A DNA stretch of 64,000 bases from Nitrospirota bacterium. Lineage in GTDB: Bacteria > JACPQY01. A program made the position numbers and the translations under genes. The DNA is taken from NCBI GenBank assembly GCA_016180645.1, contig JACPAV010000006.1, forward strand, positions 1-64,000. Direction: 5' to 3'. Positions 46,644 to 55,478 of the stretch are shown piece after piece. Numbering within the stretch: position 1 is the stretch's first letter; every line of letters starts with the position of its first letter. Under the pieces are notes generated by a model, which saw only the letters and a list, made by a program, of their open reading frames with translations, searched no databases and was not told the DNA's origin.

Positions 46644-47242
46644 CACTTGATGACGGCTTCGCCGAGCGGACCCGTCACGACAAGTCGATAGTCCCGCACC
46701 AGGACATCATCCGTTAAGGGGCGCTTGTCCTTGTCGCTTGGCCGGTTGAAACGGATCAGGTAGGTCCGGTTCCACTCCTCGGCGGGGTGAAGATCAGCCG
46801 CATCGTCTTTGGACGACTTCTGGATTTTCGCCGGCTCCACCCTGGCGCCGTCCGGGCCTACGAGGTAGATGCGCCAGTGCGAATCGCGGCGATCGAAATC
46901 GTTCCAAGTCCGCTTCGGTGTGAAGGCCGACAGGTAGAAATCGGCATTCTGCTCCCATTCTTTCCGGGCCTTTTCACGCCGGGAGGCAACCTCTTGAGTG
47001 CCGAGATGAAAATCCAAGGTCTGACGGGCAACTGCCCGTTCGCGAAGATCGAGTGAATGGTAGGTGATGTAGCCCTCCAGATTCACGTCCAGAGCATCGT
47101 AGACGCGCACGTCTTTTGTCCACCGGTCGCTCGCCGGAGGCAGCACGAGCTTGTCGGGTGGGGTTCGGCCGAGACACCCTGAGAAGAAGGCCAGGAAACA
47201 AATCAGAACCCGGCTCCCGATCTTTTGTGCGTGCATCCCCAT
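46640..47242 (-). CDS. Hypothetical lipoprotein
   Basis: Lipobox FSGC; 200 aa ORF. Confidence 0.7.
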   Translation of the reverse strand: MGMHAQKIGSRVLICFLAFFSGCLGRTPPDKLVLPPASDRWTKDVRVYDALDVNLEGYITYHSLDLRERAVARQTLDFHLGTQEVASRREKARKEWEQNADFYLSAFTPKRTWNDFDRRDSHWRIYLVGPDGARVEPAKIQKSSKDDAADLHPAEEWNRTYLIRFNRPSDKDKRPLTDDVLVRDYRLVVTGPLGEAVIKW

Positions 47243-47356
47243 TAGCGCGTAGTATCGGGGATCGGGGGCGTCGGATCAAGTCGATCCTGAAAGTGAAAGA
47301 CGCAGGCATGAAGCCTGCGCCTACCGTGGAAAAAGATTCTCGGGGGTAGCCGCGGG

Positions 47357-47423
47357 CCATGTTCCATGCCGCACCATCCGTGGTGCGGCGACATTTCATG
47401 GTCCCATACCCTCCGTGGCATGG
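47357..47423 (-). mobile_element. 67-bp mini-element inserted in a REP
   Basis: Interrupts GTAGCCGCGGG|CTTCAGCCCGCG with GG duplicated; 59/67 identical to 35235-35301. Confidence 0.65.
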
Positions 47424-47463
47424 GGCTTCAGCCCGCGCCTTTTCGTTAGACGCTCCAAGTGCG

Positions 47464-47554
47464 TCTAACAGAATGCGTAGCGGAGGGTCTTCAGACCCTC
47501 CCGACAAGAGGGAGCATCTGAAAATGCTCCCCTACGAATCGGCATTCCGTTCGA
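47464..47554 (-). repeat. 91-bp REPIN/MITE-like element, copy 2
   Basis: Reverse-complement match to 35068-35158. Confidence 0.85.
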
Positions 47555-47559
47555 GGCTC

Positions 47560-48444
47560 TTAGCGTTTCCTCCGAGGCTTCGGAAGGTACTTTCCGATCA
47601 AAGGGGCGAGGCTTCGTCGGGTGGATGCCGGTATGCGCTTTGGATCGGTGATGATCGCGTTCTTGAGCGCCGAGCCGCACGAGCATGCGGCGGCCTCCGG
47701 TAGGATGGCCGCCACGGCCTTCACGATGGACTTCGCCGTTTCGGCATTCTGCTTCAAAATGCGGAGCACACTTTCAATGTTCACATCTTCTTCGGTCTCA
47801 TGCCAGCAGTCGTAGTCGGTGACCAATGCGAGTGTCGCGTAGCAGATCTCCGCCTCCCGGGCGAGCCGCGCTTCCGAGAGATTGGTCATGCCGATTACGT
47901 CCACTCCCCACGAACGGAACACCTTCGATTCAGCGCGTGTCGAGAACTGAGGCCCTTCGATGCAGATGTAGGTCCCACCACGATGAACGGTTGCCCCTAC
48001 TTTCGCGGCAGCATCGCCGAGAGCCCTCCCCAGGGAGGAACACAGCGGATCGGCGAAATTGATATGGACCACCACTCCATCCCCAAAAAAGGTCCGCGGC
48101 CGATTCAGAGTTCGATCGAAGAATTGATCGGGAACGACCATGTGCCCCGGCTGGATCGACTCTTTCATGCTGCCCACCGCTCCAAGCGAAACGATCTGTC
48201 GCACACCGAGCAGTTTCATCGCAAAGATGTTCGCCCGGAAATTCAATTCAGAAGGAAGGATTCGGTGCCCCACTCCATGACGCGGCAGGAAGGCCAGGCG
48301 ACGTCCTTCGAGTTCGCCCAGGATGATGGAGTCGGAGGGATCGCCGAAAGGGGTGTGGACCTTCACTTTGCGCACGGCGTGCAGACCCTGCATATCGTAC
48401 ATGCCGCTCCCGCCGATGACGCCGAGGTCCGCGCGGGCATTCAT
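47560..48444 (-). CDS. mtnP: S-methyl-5'-thioadenosine phosphorylase
   Basis: GVIGGSG, TPFGDPSD, FLPRHG, EGPQFSTRAES, GMTN, VTDYDCW. Confidence 0.95.
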   Translation of the reverse strand: MNARADLGVIGGSGMYDMQGLHAVRKVKVHTPFGDPSDSIILGELEGRRLAFLPRHGVGHRILPSELNFRANIFAMKLLGVRQIVSLGAVGSMKESIQPGHMVVPDQFFDRTLNRPRTFFGDGVVVHINFADPLCSSLGRALGDAAAKVGATVHRGGTYICIEGPQFSTRAESKVFRSWGVDVIGMTNLSEARLAREAEICYATLALVTDYDCWHETEEDVNIESVLRILKQNAETAKSIVKAVAAILPEAAACSCGSALKNAIITDPKRIPASTRRSLAPLIGKYLPKPRRKR

Positions 48445-48460
48445 GGAAGGCGAGGCCGGG

Positions 48461-48880
48461 TTATCTCAAGGATTCGAGTCCGCCGAAGAAGAAACACATC
48501 TCCCAAGCGGCCGTCTGGGGCCCATCGGACCCGTGAACAATATTCTTCTCTATCTCCGTTGCGAAATCCTTTCGGATCGTGCCGGGTGCGGCATCCTTGG
48601 GGTTCGTGGCTCCCATGATCTCGCGGTTCTTGAGGATCGCGTTTTCCCCTTCCAGCACAAGTGCCACGATCGGTCCGGACGACATGAATTTCGTCAGGCT
48701 CTCGAAAAAACCCTTGCCCTTGTGAACCTGGTAGAAGAATTCCGCTTCCGCCTTCGACAATCGCACCATTTTCAGCGTGACGATCCTGAGCCCGGCCTTC
48801 TCCCATCGGCGAATGACCTCGCCGATGAGTCCGCGTTCGACCCCATCCGGCTTCACCAGAGCCAGCGTCCGTTCATTCAT
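48461..48880 (-). CDS. ndk: Nucleoside diphosphate kinase
   Basis: [31 protein letters not shown]. Confidence 0.97.
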   Translation of the reverse strand: MNERTLALVKPDGVERGLIGEVIRRWEKAGLRIVTLKMVRLSKAEAEFFYQVHKGKGFFESLTKFMSSGPIVALVLEGENAILKNREIMGATNPKDAAPGTIRKDFATEIEKNIVHGSDGPQTAAWEMCFFFGGLESLR

Positions 48881-49442
48881 CGGGCGCGTACCATAGCACA
48901 ACCAGCGCGAAAGGGCCCTTCGATTCACTCAGTGCCTGAGGGGGTCCTGAGCGAATCGGAGGGCTTGTGAGCCGTTCGAGATTGACCCGGCCGCGGAGCC
49001 TCACCCGCGCCGGCTGCGGCTGTTTTTCCAATTCGCGCGTCTTCTCGCCCACGGCAAGTTGGAAGACCACCCCACCGGGCTCGGAACGAAACGTGTTCTT
49101 GTATCCCTCCCGGAAGTAGACGCCGCGGCACTCCAGAATCATCTCTTTGAGTTCATGTCCGGACGCTCCAACGGCACGTCCGACCTCCGCGACAGGGACG
49201 GCCGCCTCCGGCTGAAGCTCCACGCGGATCTTTTTTTCCCGCCATGATCCCTCCGTCTTCTTTACGCCCGGGATCTTCCGAACCGCGCGATCCACCGCAT
49301 AGAGATCGAGCTCATCGCGCATCTCGCTCTTAAACCGCAGATCCATGTACGCTGTCGCCTTTTCCGCCTCGGCTGCCATAATCGTGTGGGGCAAGAACCC
49401 AAGCAGGACCGCCCAGGTCCAGGCACTCGCTCGCAGCATCAA
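48873..49442 (-). CDS. Exported hypothetical protein, possible HMA-like fold without the Cys pair
   Basis: Signal peptide; [14 protein letters not shown]...IRVEL pattern. Confidence 0.55.
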   Translation of the reverse strand: MMLRASAWTWAVLLGFLPHTIMAAEAEKATAYMDLRFKSEMRDELDLYAVDRAVRKIPGVKKTEGSWREKKIRVELQPEAAVPVAEVGRAVGASGHELKEMILECRGVYFREGYKNTFRSEPGGVVFQLAVGEKTRELEKQPQPARVRLRGRVNLERLTSPPIRSGPPQALSESKGPFALVVLWYAPDE

Positions 49443-51058
49443 TTCGCCTTGCCGAGGATCTGCTTGATGAAAGGGGACTGGATCCCATCCGGATATTTCC
49501 TCTCGTGGGGCGGCTTGGCGGCCTCCTCCACAATCCCCTCGTGCAGCTTTTCCTTCCGGAACAAATCCAGGAGCGTGAGATCGATCTTGTTCTGCTTCCC
49601 TTCTTCCTCAATGATCGAGTAACTGCGCTCCACCGGGACGGGTTTCTTGTAGGGGCGGTCGTAGGCCGTAAGGGCGTCGAAGAAATCACACAGGGCGATC
49701 ATCCGCGCCTGAAGGGGGAGGGCGTCACCCTTGATGCCGTTCGGGTATCCCGAACCGTCCAGTTTCTCGTGATGACCGCCGGCGTAGACGCAAACATTCT
49801 TGAGGTGCTTCGGGAAGGGGATGCGCGTCAAAATCTCGATGGACTTTACGACGTGATCTTCAATCTCCTTCCTTTCCTTGGAGGTCAGGCTGCCGCGTCG
49901 GATGGAGAGATTCTCGTATTCAAACTCCGTGATGAGCGGCTGCTCCTGGCCCGAGGGATCGGTGTACCGCTTTTTCGCGATCTCCTGGAGGCGCGCGGCC
50001 TTGTCATCCGCCACCACGGTCGGAATGTACACTTGCTCCACAAATTTCAAGTCATCTTCCAGTTGCCGCACCTTCTCCTGTGCCTCCGACTCCGTCTTTC
50101 GGGCGCCCTCCACTCCCAACCCTTCCCGGGCGATTCGCTCAAAGCACTCCCGCAGGGTCCGCTCCTTCACATAGTGGAATCGCTGCCGAATCGCCTCCAA
50201 TTGGTCCTTGGTCAGCTTGTTCTCCTTGTCCAACACCGTTTCCCGAACGCCGATCTTCCCAATGTCATGGAGGTAGGCGGCAATATAGATTTCCTCCAAC
50301 TGGTCCTCGCTCAGCTTCACTTCCTTGAACGGCCCATCCTGCTGGCGAGTGACGGCATCGGCCAGACGCATGGTGTACTCGGCCACGCGCACGGTGTGCC
50401 CGGCCGTGTGGCGGCTTCGAGCGTCGACCAGCACGCCGCAGTACGTGACGAGGGCGTTGAACGTGGTCTTCAATTCCTTGACGAGGCGGACGTTGTTGAT
50501 GCTGATCGCAGCCTGGCTGGCCAGCGAGTAACTGATATCGCGGTCGCTCGCGGAGAAGGGCTGCACGGCCCCGTTCCCATCCAGCTTGTTGAGGAGTTGG
50601 AGCACGCCGATAATCTGCTCTTCATGATCGCGCATGGGAATGGCCAGAATCGACTTGGAGCGATACCCCGTTCGCTCGTCGAACGCGCGATTGAATTGAT
50701 AAGGGACAGTAGGAGGAAGGGTATATACGTCGCCAATCATGAGAAGCTCTCCGCGCAGGGCGACATACCCTGCGATGCTTTTCTCGTTCAGGGGCATCTT
50801 GAACGCGTTGAAAGGTTCCATCTTCCCAGCCCTTTCCAACGAATCGTTCTGGGCCACCTCAAAGCTGAGTTGTTCGTGCTCAACGATGTAGAGGCTTCCG
50901 GCATCCGCCCCGACGAAACCGCGCGCTTCGTGGACGATTTTTTCAAGGAGGACTTTGAGGTTCCGCTCGGAGGTCAGCGCGATGCCGATGAGGCACATCC
51001 GCTTGATCTGATCTTCCAGATCGACGACGCGGTCGACGAGTGATTCTTTGAGAGTCAC
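49439..51058 (-). CDS. GAF + HD-GYP phosphodiesterase
   Basis: GAF (FDERTGYRSKSILAIPM), LHDIGK, HHEKLDGSGYP, DALTAYDRPYK. Confidence 0.93.
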   Translation of the reverse strand: MTLKESLVDRVVDLEDQIKRMCLIGIALTSERNLKVLLEKIVHEARGFVGADAGSLYIVEHEQLSFEVAQNDSLERAGKMEPFNAFKMPLNEKSIAGYVALRGELLMIGDVYTLPPTVPYQFNRAFDERTGYRSKSILAIPMRDHEEQIIGVLQLLNKLDGNGAVQPFSASDRDISYSLASQAAISINNVRLVKELKTTFNALVTYCGVLVDARSRHTAGHTVRVAEYTMRLADAVTRQQDGPFKEVKLSEDQLEEIYIAAYLHDIGKIGVRETVLDKENKLTKDQLEAIRQRFHYVKERTLRECFERIAREGLGVEGARKTESEAQEKVRQLEDDLKFVEQVYIPTVVADDKAARLQEIAKKRYTDPSGQEQPLITEFEYENLSIRRGSLTSKERKEIEDHVVKSIEILTRIPFPKHLKNVCVYAGGHHEKLDGSGYPNGIKGDALPLQARMIALCDFFDALTAYDRPYKKPVPVERSYSIIEEEGKQNKIDLTLLDLFRKEKLHEGIVEEAAKPPHERKYPDGIQSPFIKQILGKAN

Positions 51059-51084
51059 CCCACCACTCCCTTTGTGGATCTCAC

Positions 51085-51105
51085 ATTTGAGATTTGAGAT
51101 TTGAG
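51085..51105 (+). repeat. (ATTTGAG)3 heptamer repeat
   Basis: Three perfect units just upstream of the HD-GYP start. Confidence 0.75.
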
Positions 51106-51125
51106 ATCTTGGGACGCAGGGCAGA

Positions 51126-51758
51126 TCACAGCAGCCCCACCGCTTTCAGGCTTTCCACGGCGGAGGTCCGATGCGTAGCCGCCCAGAAGATCCGCCCGCA
51201 GCCATGGCAGCGAGAAAACTCGGGTTGGGTGGAATACACATAAGGCGGTACGATCCGCTCCACGTCCGATCGCGACACTTCATCCAGTTCAACGTTGCAC
51301 CTCAGGCAGCGCGTGAACAGTCGGTCGCCGGACACCCGCAGATCGAGCTCACGACAAAGATCCCGGAGCTGCTCAAGAACCCGATCACTGCCGATCCAGC
51401 AGCGGGCTTCCGGCGGCAATCGTCCCATCAAGTCCCGGTCGCGCGTCAAAACAATCCTCCCCGTTTCACGCCGTCGTTTGAGAATTTCCCGATCGGACCA
51501 TCGCCGGTCGTATTCACAATCATACCCCAGGATCCGAAGCCAGGTGGCCAGCCGACCCAGCATGACATCCGCAATGAAAAGTCGGGAAGAAAGAGCAGAC
51601 GAGCACCGTTCGCCCGTCGTCCATCCCGCCCCGAGAGGCCCTTTCAGGCCGAACGGCCCCGACCGCTGACTCCCGAGGTCCGAGAGTCCCCCGCGGAACA
51701 GCCTACTCCCCCATGATGCGGACGATGAACTTCCGTTTTCGAGGTCCGTCGAATTCAC
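51126..51758 (-). CDS. Mut7-C RNase (DUF82) domain protein
   Basis: FIADVMLGRLATWLRILGYD, LTRDRDL, RCLRCN...CHGCGRIFWAATH. True start is unclear and probably downstream of 51758. Confidence 0.88.
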   Translation of the reverse strand: MNSTDLENGSSSSASWGSRLFRGGLSDLGSQRSGPFGLKGPLGAGWTTGERCSSALSSRLFIADVMLGRLATWLRILGYDCEYDRRWSDREILKRRRETGRIVLTRDRDLMGRLPPEARCWIGSDRVLEQLRDLCRELDLRVSGDRLFTRCLRCNVELDEVSRSDVERIVPPYVYSTQPEFSRCHGCGRIFWAATHRTSAVESLKAVGLL

Positions 51759-52113
51759 CGAAGAAAATCGCTTGCCATTGGCCCAGCACCACCTTGGATT
51801 CCATGACGGGCAGCGTGATATCCGCGCCCACCAGGATGGATTTCATGTGCGCGCTGGCGTTCTTCCCGTACAGATTGTGGCGGTAGGTCGGTTTGTTCGG
51901 AATGAGCTCCTCGAGAAAATCCTGAATGTCCTTCGGGAGGACGCTGTCGGTATTGGAGAGATACACACCGGCGGTGGTATGGCCCGAGAAGACAAAGGCA
52001 ATCCCCTCATGAATACCGCTTTCCGATACGGCCTGCTGAATCCGGTTGGTCACGTTCAAATCCTCGACCTTTTTCCGGGTTTCCAGTTCGATGGTCGTCG
52101 TATGGATGCGCAC
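51703..52113 (-). CDS. yjbQ: YjbQ family protein (UPF0047)
   Basis: HTTAG, NASAHMKSILVG, LGQWQAIFFGEFDGPR; GTG at 52113. Confidence 0.92.
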   Translation of the reverse strand: MRIHTTTIELETRKKVEDLNVTNRIQQAVSESGIHEGIAFVFSGHTTAGVYLSNTDSVLPKDIQDFLEELIPNKPTYRHNLYGKNASAHMKSILVGADITLPVMESKVVLGQWQAIFFGEFDGPRKRKFIVRIMGE

Positions 52114-52150
52114 TCCGCGGATATTAGGACAAACGAGAACCCTAATCAAC

Positions 52151-52310
52151 TGCCAGCCACGGACGGTGCGGTGCCCCGCCCTCCGGGCCGACCACGATGG
52201 GAGGCCACTGCAGGCGGGGTGCCAGCCACGGACGGTGCGGTACCCCGCCCTCCGGGCCGACCACGATGGGAGGCCACTGCAGGCGGGGTGCCGGCCATGG
52301 ATGGCGCGGT
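52151..52310 (+). repeat. 69-bp tandem repeat, 2.3 copies
   Basis: Units 52151-52219 and 52220-52288 differ at one base; partial third unit. Confidence 0.9.
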
Positions 52311-52419
52311 CCCGATCCTGCCATGCGAGCCAGGGAGGGCGAGCACAGGAGATCGGTGTCCTTTTCAGCCGTTCCGCCGGGCACGGCACGCCCCGGAGCG
52401 GGGGCGTGTTCTCAGAGCG

Positions 52420-52510
52420 TCTAACAGAAAGCGTAGGGGAGGGTCTTCAGACCCTCCCGACAGGAGGGAGCATCTAAAGATGCTCCCCTACGAATCGGCA
52501 TTCCGTTAGA
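52420..52510 (-). repeat. 91-bp REPIN/MITE-like element, copy 3
   Basis: Match to the other copies. Confidence 0.85.
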
Positions 52511-52538
52511 CTGAGGGCTGATGGCCGAACGCTTACCC

Positions 52539-53453
52539 TCAGATGAACGTCAGCCAGTGATGATAGTCCGCATCCTCACCCCGAACGACCTGGAAAAAGC
52601 GTTCTTGGAGCGATTTCGTAGTCTTCCCCGGCCGTCCGGTCCCGATCTTGCGATTGTCGATCTCCCGGATGGGCGTGATCTCCGCCGCCGTGCCGGTGAT
52701 GAAGACCTCTTCCGCCGTGTACAGTTCATCCCGCGTGAAGACCTGTTCGGAAACCTTCATGCTGAGATCCGAGGCGAACTCCATGATCGTGTCGCGCGTG
52801 ATCCCGCCAAGGATGGCCGTGAGGGGCGGCGTTTTGATCGCACCCTTCCTCACCATGAAGAGGTTTTCTCCGCTACACTCGGAAACGTACCCTTCCGCGT
52901 CCAACATGATGGCTTCGTCGTACCCCGCGTCCACCACTTCCTTCTTGGCCAGAATGGAATTCACGTAATAGCCGGGCGCTTTCGCCTTCGTCATGCTCGC
53001 GTTGATGTGATGGCGCGTGAACGACGAAACCTTCGCCCGGATGCCGTTCTTCAGTCCATCCTCGCCCAAATAAGTCCCCCACGGCCAGCACGCAACCGCA
53101 AGCCGGATCGGCGGGTTCTTGATGAGAAGTCCCATTTCGCCGTCCCCCACAAACACGATCGGACGGATGTAGCCTTCCTTCAATTTATTCTCCAGGAGGA
53201 CCTGAGCGCACGCCGCCGACACTTCTTCCTTGTTGAAAGGAATCTTGATCCCCAGGATGAGGCACGACTCAAACAAGCGGTCAACGTGGTCCCGCAACCG
53301 AAAGACGGCGCTCCGGCCGTCACTACACTTGTAGGCGCGGATACCCTCAAACGCGCCCCATCCGTAATGCAGCGTATGCGTCAGCACGTGGACCTTGGCC
53401 TGATCCCACGCCGTCATTTTCCCGTCGAGCCAGATCTTGTCGGTCTTCTGCAT
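52539..53453 (-). CDS. ilvE: Branched-chain amino acid aminotransferase
   Basis: THTLHYG..FEGIRAY, YIRP, AKAPGYYVNS, ECSGENLF, LGGITRD, GTAAEITP. Confidence 0.96.
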   Translation of the reverse strand: MQKTDKIWLDGKMTAWDQAKVHVLTHTLHYGWGAFEGIRAYKCSDGRSAVFRLRDHVDRLFESCLILGIKIPFNKEEVSAACAQVLLENKLKEGYIRPIVFVGDGEMGLLIKNPPIRLAVACWPWGTYLGEDGLKNGIRAKVSSFTRHHINASMTKAKAPGYYVNSILAKKEVVDAGYDEAIMLDAEGYVSECSGENLFMVRKGAIKTPPLTAILGGITRDTIMEFASDLSMKVSEQVFTRDELYTAEEVFITGTAAEITPIREIDNRKIGTGRPGKTTKSLQERFFQVVRGEDADYHHWLTFI

Positions 53454-53485
53454 TTCAGATAACTCCCATTTCCAATATTAGTGCG

Positions 53486-53576
53486 TCCAACAGAATGCGT
53501 AGGGGAGGGTCTTCAGACCCTCCCGACAAGAGGGAGCATCTGAAGATGCTCCCCTACGAATCGGCATTCCGTTAGA
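53486..53576 (-). repeat. 91-bp REPIN/MITE-like element, copy 4
   Basis: Match to the other copies. Confidence 0.85.
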
Positions 53577-53581
53577 CACTC

Positions 53582-55060
53582 TCATTTCTTGAACATCTTC
53601 TTCCAAATGGTCTGCTCTTTTCCCTTTCGCACGGTGCTCATTCGAATTTCACGCATGGCGTCCAAGTTGTCCGGATTGCACCGGACGGCCGCCTCGAACT
53701 GCTGCTCGGCTTTCTCCATCTGCCCTTCGGCCTTGTAAATGCTCCCGAGAAAGACATACGGTCGATCCATCTTCGGGTTCAAGTCGATGGCCTTGCGCAG
53801 AAAATCCTTTGCCTTTTCCTTTCCACCGGGCGATGAGCCATCTTTGAACAAGGCCCAGCCGAGATGGGCGAGATAGTCCGCCTCCTTGGGATTAAGCTCC
53901 ACCGCCTGCTGGAATGCTTTCACGGCGGGGCCGTATTCCTTGCGTTTGAGAAGGTTCATTCCCTTGCTGTAGTGAATTTCGGCATTGACGATACTCTGCA
54001 TGTCCGTGCCTTCCTGCCCGCCTTTGGGCGCGTTCATCACGGTGGCATCATAGGCTTGCCGTGTGGCATCGTCCGAGAGCGTCGAGTACGCCGTGTTGAT
54101 GTGCGAGAAGACCTGTTCGGCCATTTTTCGCGTGTCATCGCCCTGGCCGGTGAAACGGTCGGGATGGTACTGGCCCGCCATCGCAAAATAGGCTTCCTTC
54201 ACGGCCTCCCGACCCGCCTGGGGGGAGACACCCAGAACTTCATAAAACGTCTTGTCGTTGTATTCACCCAGCAGCCGCTTGAGCTGGTCTCGCGCCCCGA
54301 AGGCGCCGATCCTTCTTGAGGTGGCGCCCGTGCGCAACGCCGTCTTATCCGCCGCCGTCTCGATGAGCCCCGTTTGGACGCAGAAATACAGGAATCGATA
54401 TTTCGGGAGCTCTTCCAGCCGGGGATCGACCAGCAAACTCTCCACCGTCCCCTCGGCGGGCACTTTGAAGTAGAAATCCCGCTCCGGCGGTGAGATCTGA
54501 ACTTCGGAGGAGACCATGTCCATCGATTCCTGGCGCATGTAGAAGTTTCCACGAACCAGATTGAATTCTTTCCGCAGAAAATCCATGCCCAGGCGCTGCG
54601 AGATCCCCGAGTAGATCACCGAAAGCACCGGCTGCGGGTGTCCGGACAGGTGGCCGCCGCCGTCGGCGTCAAACTCAAATTCTCCGGAAGTCCACTCAAA
54701 GGCATTCCAGATTCGTTCCATTTGTTGGCGCCCCAGCCATTCTTCGAGCTCGGCAGCCTTGAGGAAGCCCATCTTCACAAACAACTCACCCTGGCGGATG
54801 GAGGTGCCCTCCATGATGCGGAGGGAATCGCCGAGCGCTTCCTGGGACAGTTTCCCCGCCTGCACCAACATCTGGCCGAGGCAGTCCCGGAGGGCGTTCG
54901 ACCTCGTCTCGAGGATACTGCCCTTGCGGAAAAATACGGCCTTGCGGAGATCTTTCCGCTTTAGGAGCAGGACGCCGGTCTTCTGGTGCCGATGGAGTTG
55001 ATAAAGGAGCCGCGGCACTCGGACATCCTTGACCTGGCCGGATTCTCGCGAAGTTGACAT
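53582..55060 (-). CDS. DUF4388-like + DnaJ + TPR protein
   Basis: KTGVLLL...FEWTSGEFEF; J-domain FYEVLGV...YHPDRF; C-terminal TPRs. Confidence 0.87.
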   Translation of the reverse strand: MSTSRESGQVKDVRVPRLLYQLHRHQKTGVLLLKRKDLRKAVFFRKGSILETRSNALRDCLGQMLVQAGKLSQEALGDSLRIMEGTSIRQGELFVKMGFLKAAELEEWLGRQQMERIWNAFEWTSGEFEFDADGGGHLSGHPQPVLSVIYSGISQRLGMDFLRKEFNLVRGNFYMRQESMDMVSSEVQISPPERDFYFKVPAEGTVESLLVDPRLEELPKYRFLYFCVQTGLIETAADKTALRTGATSRRIGAFGARDQLKRLLGEYNDKTFYEVLGVSPQAGREAVKEAYFAMAGQYHPDRFTGQGDDTRKMAEQVFSHINTAYSTLSDDATRQAYDATVMNAPKGGQEGTDMQSIVNAEIHYSKGMNLLKRKEYGPAVKAFQQAVELNPKEADYLAHLGWALFKDGSSPGGKEKAKDFLRKAIDLNPKMDRPYVFLGSIYKAEGQMEKAEQQFEAAVRCNPDNLDAMREIRMSTVRKGKEQTIWKKMFKK

Positions 55061-55119
55061 CGGATCATTTTACCGCCGGAAGGCCCTCCTCCACAACACG
55101 TATGGAAGGTTCCGGTGGA

Positions 55120-55392
55120 CTACCGAACGGCCCGCTTGAAATGAAGACCCGGTCGGAACTTGGGCTGGCGCGACGCGGGAACCTTGATCTCCTTGCCCGT
55201 CTGGGGGTTTCGCACCGTCCGGGCTTTTCGATCCACCACGGTGAACACGCCGAATCCCACGAGCGAGACACGCCCTCCCCGCTTCATCGCGCGGGTCACG
55301 TGAAACGTGAACGAACGGAGGGCTTTGTCGGCCTCCGCTTTGGAGATGCCGGCGTCCCGCGCAATCGCTGCAAGAAGCTCCGCTCGTTTCAC
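55120..55392 (-). CDS. hup: HU DNA-binding protein
   Basis: VSLVGFGVF...RKARTVRNPQTGKEIKVPA. Confidence 0.95.
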   Translation of the reverse strand: MKRAELLAAIARDAGISKAEADKALRSFTFHVTRAMKRGGRVSLVGFGVFTVVDRKARTVRNPQTGKEIKVPASRQPKFRPGLHFKRAVR

Positions 55393-55478
55393 GCGAGTCT
55401 TTATACCTGCATGGAAGCGAAAATCAAGGGAACACGAAACCCCGCGGATGGAGCTTTCTGATATGATTCGCGGCCACC

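Noticed and set aside
52151-52310. CRISPR array
   Set aside because: The units are contiguous and identical with no unique spacers, and there are no cas genes in the window
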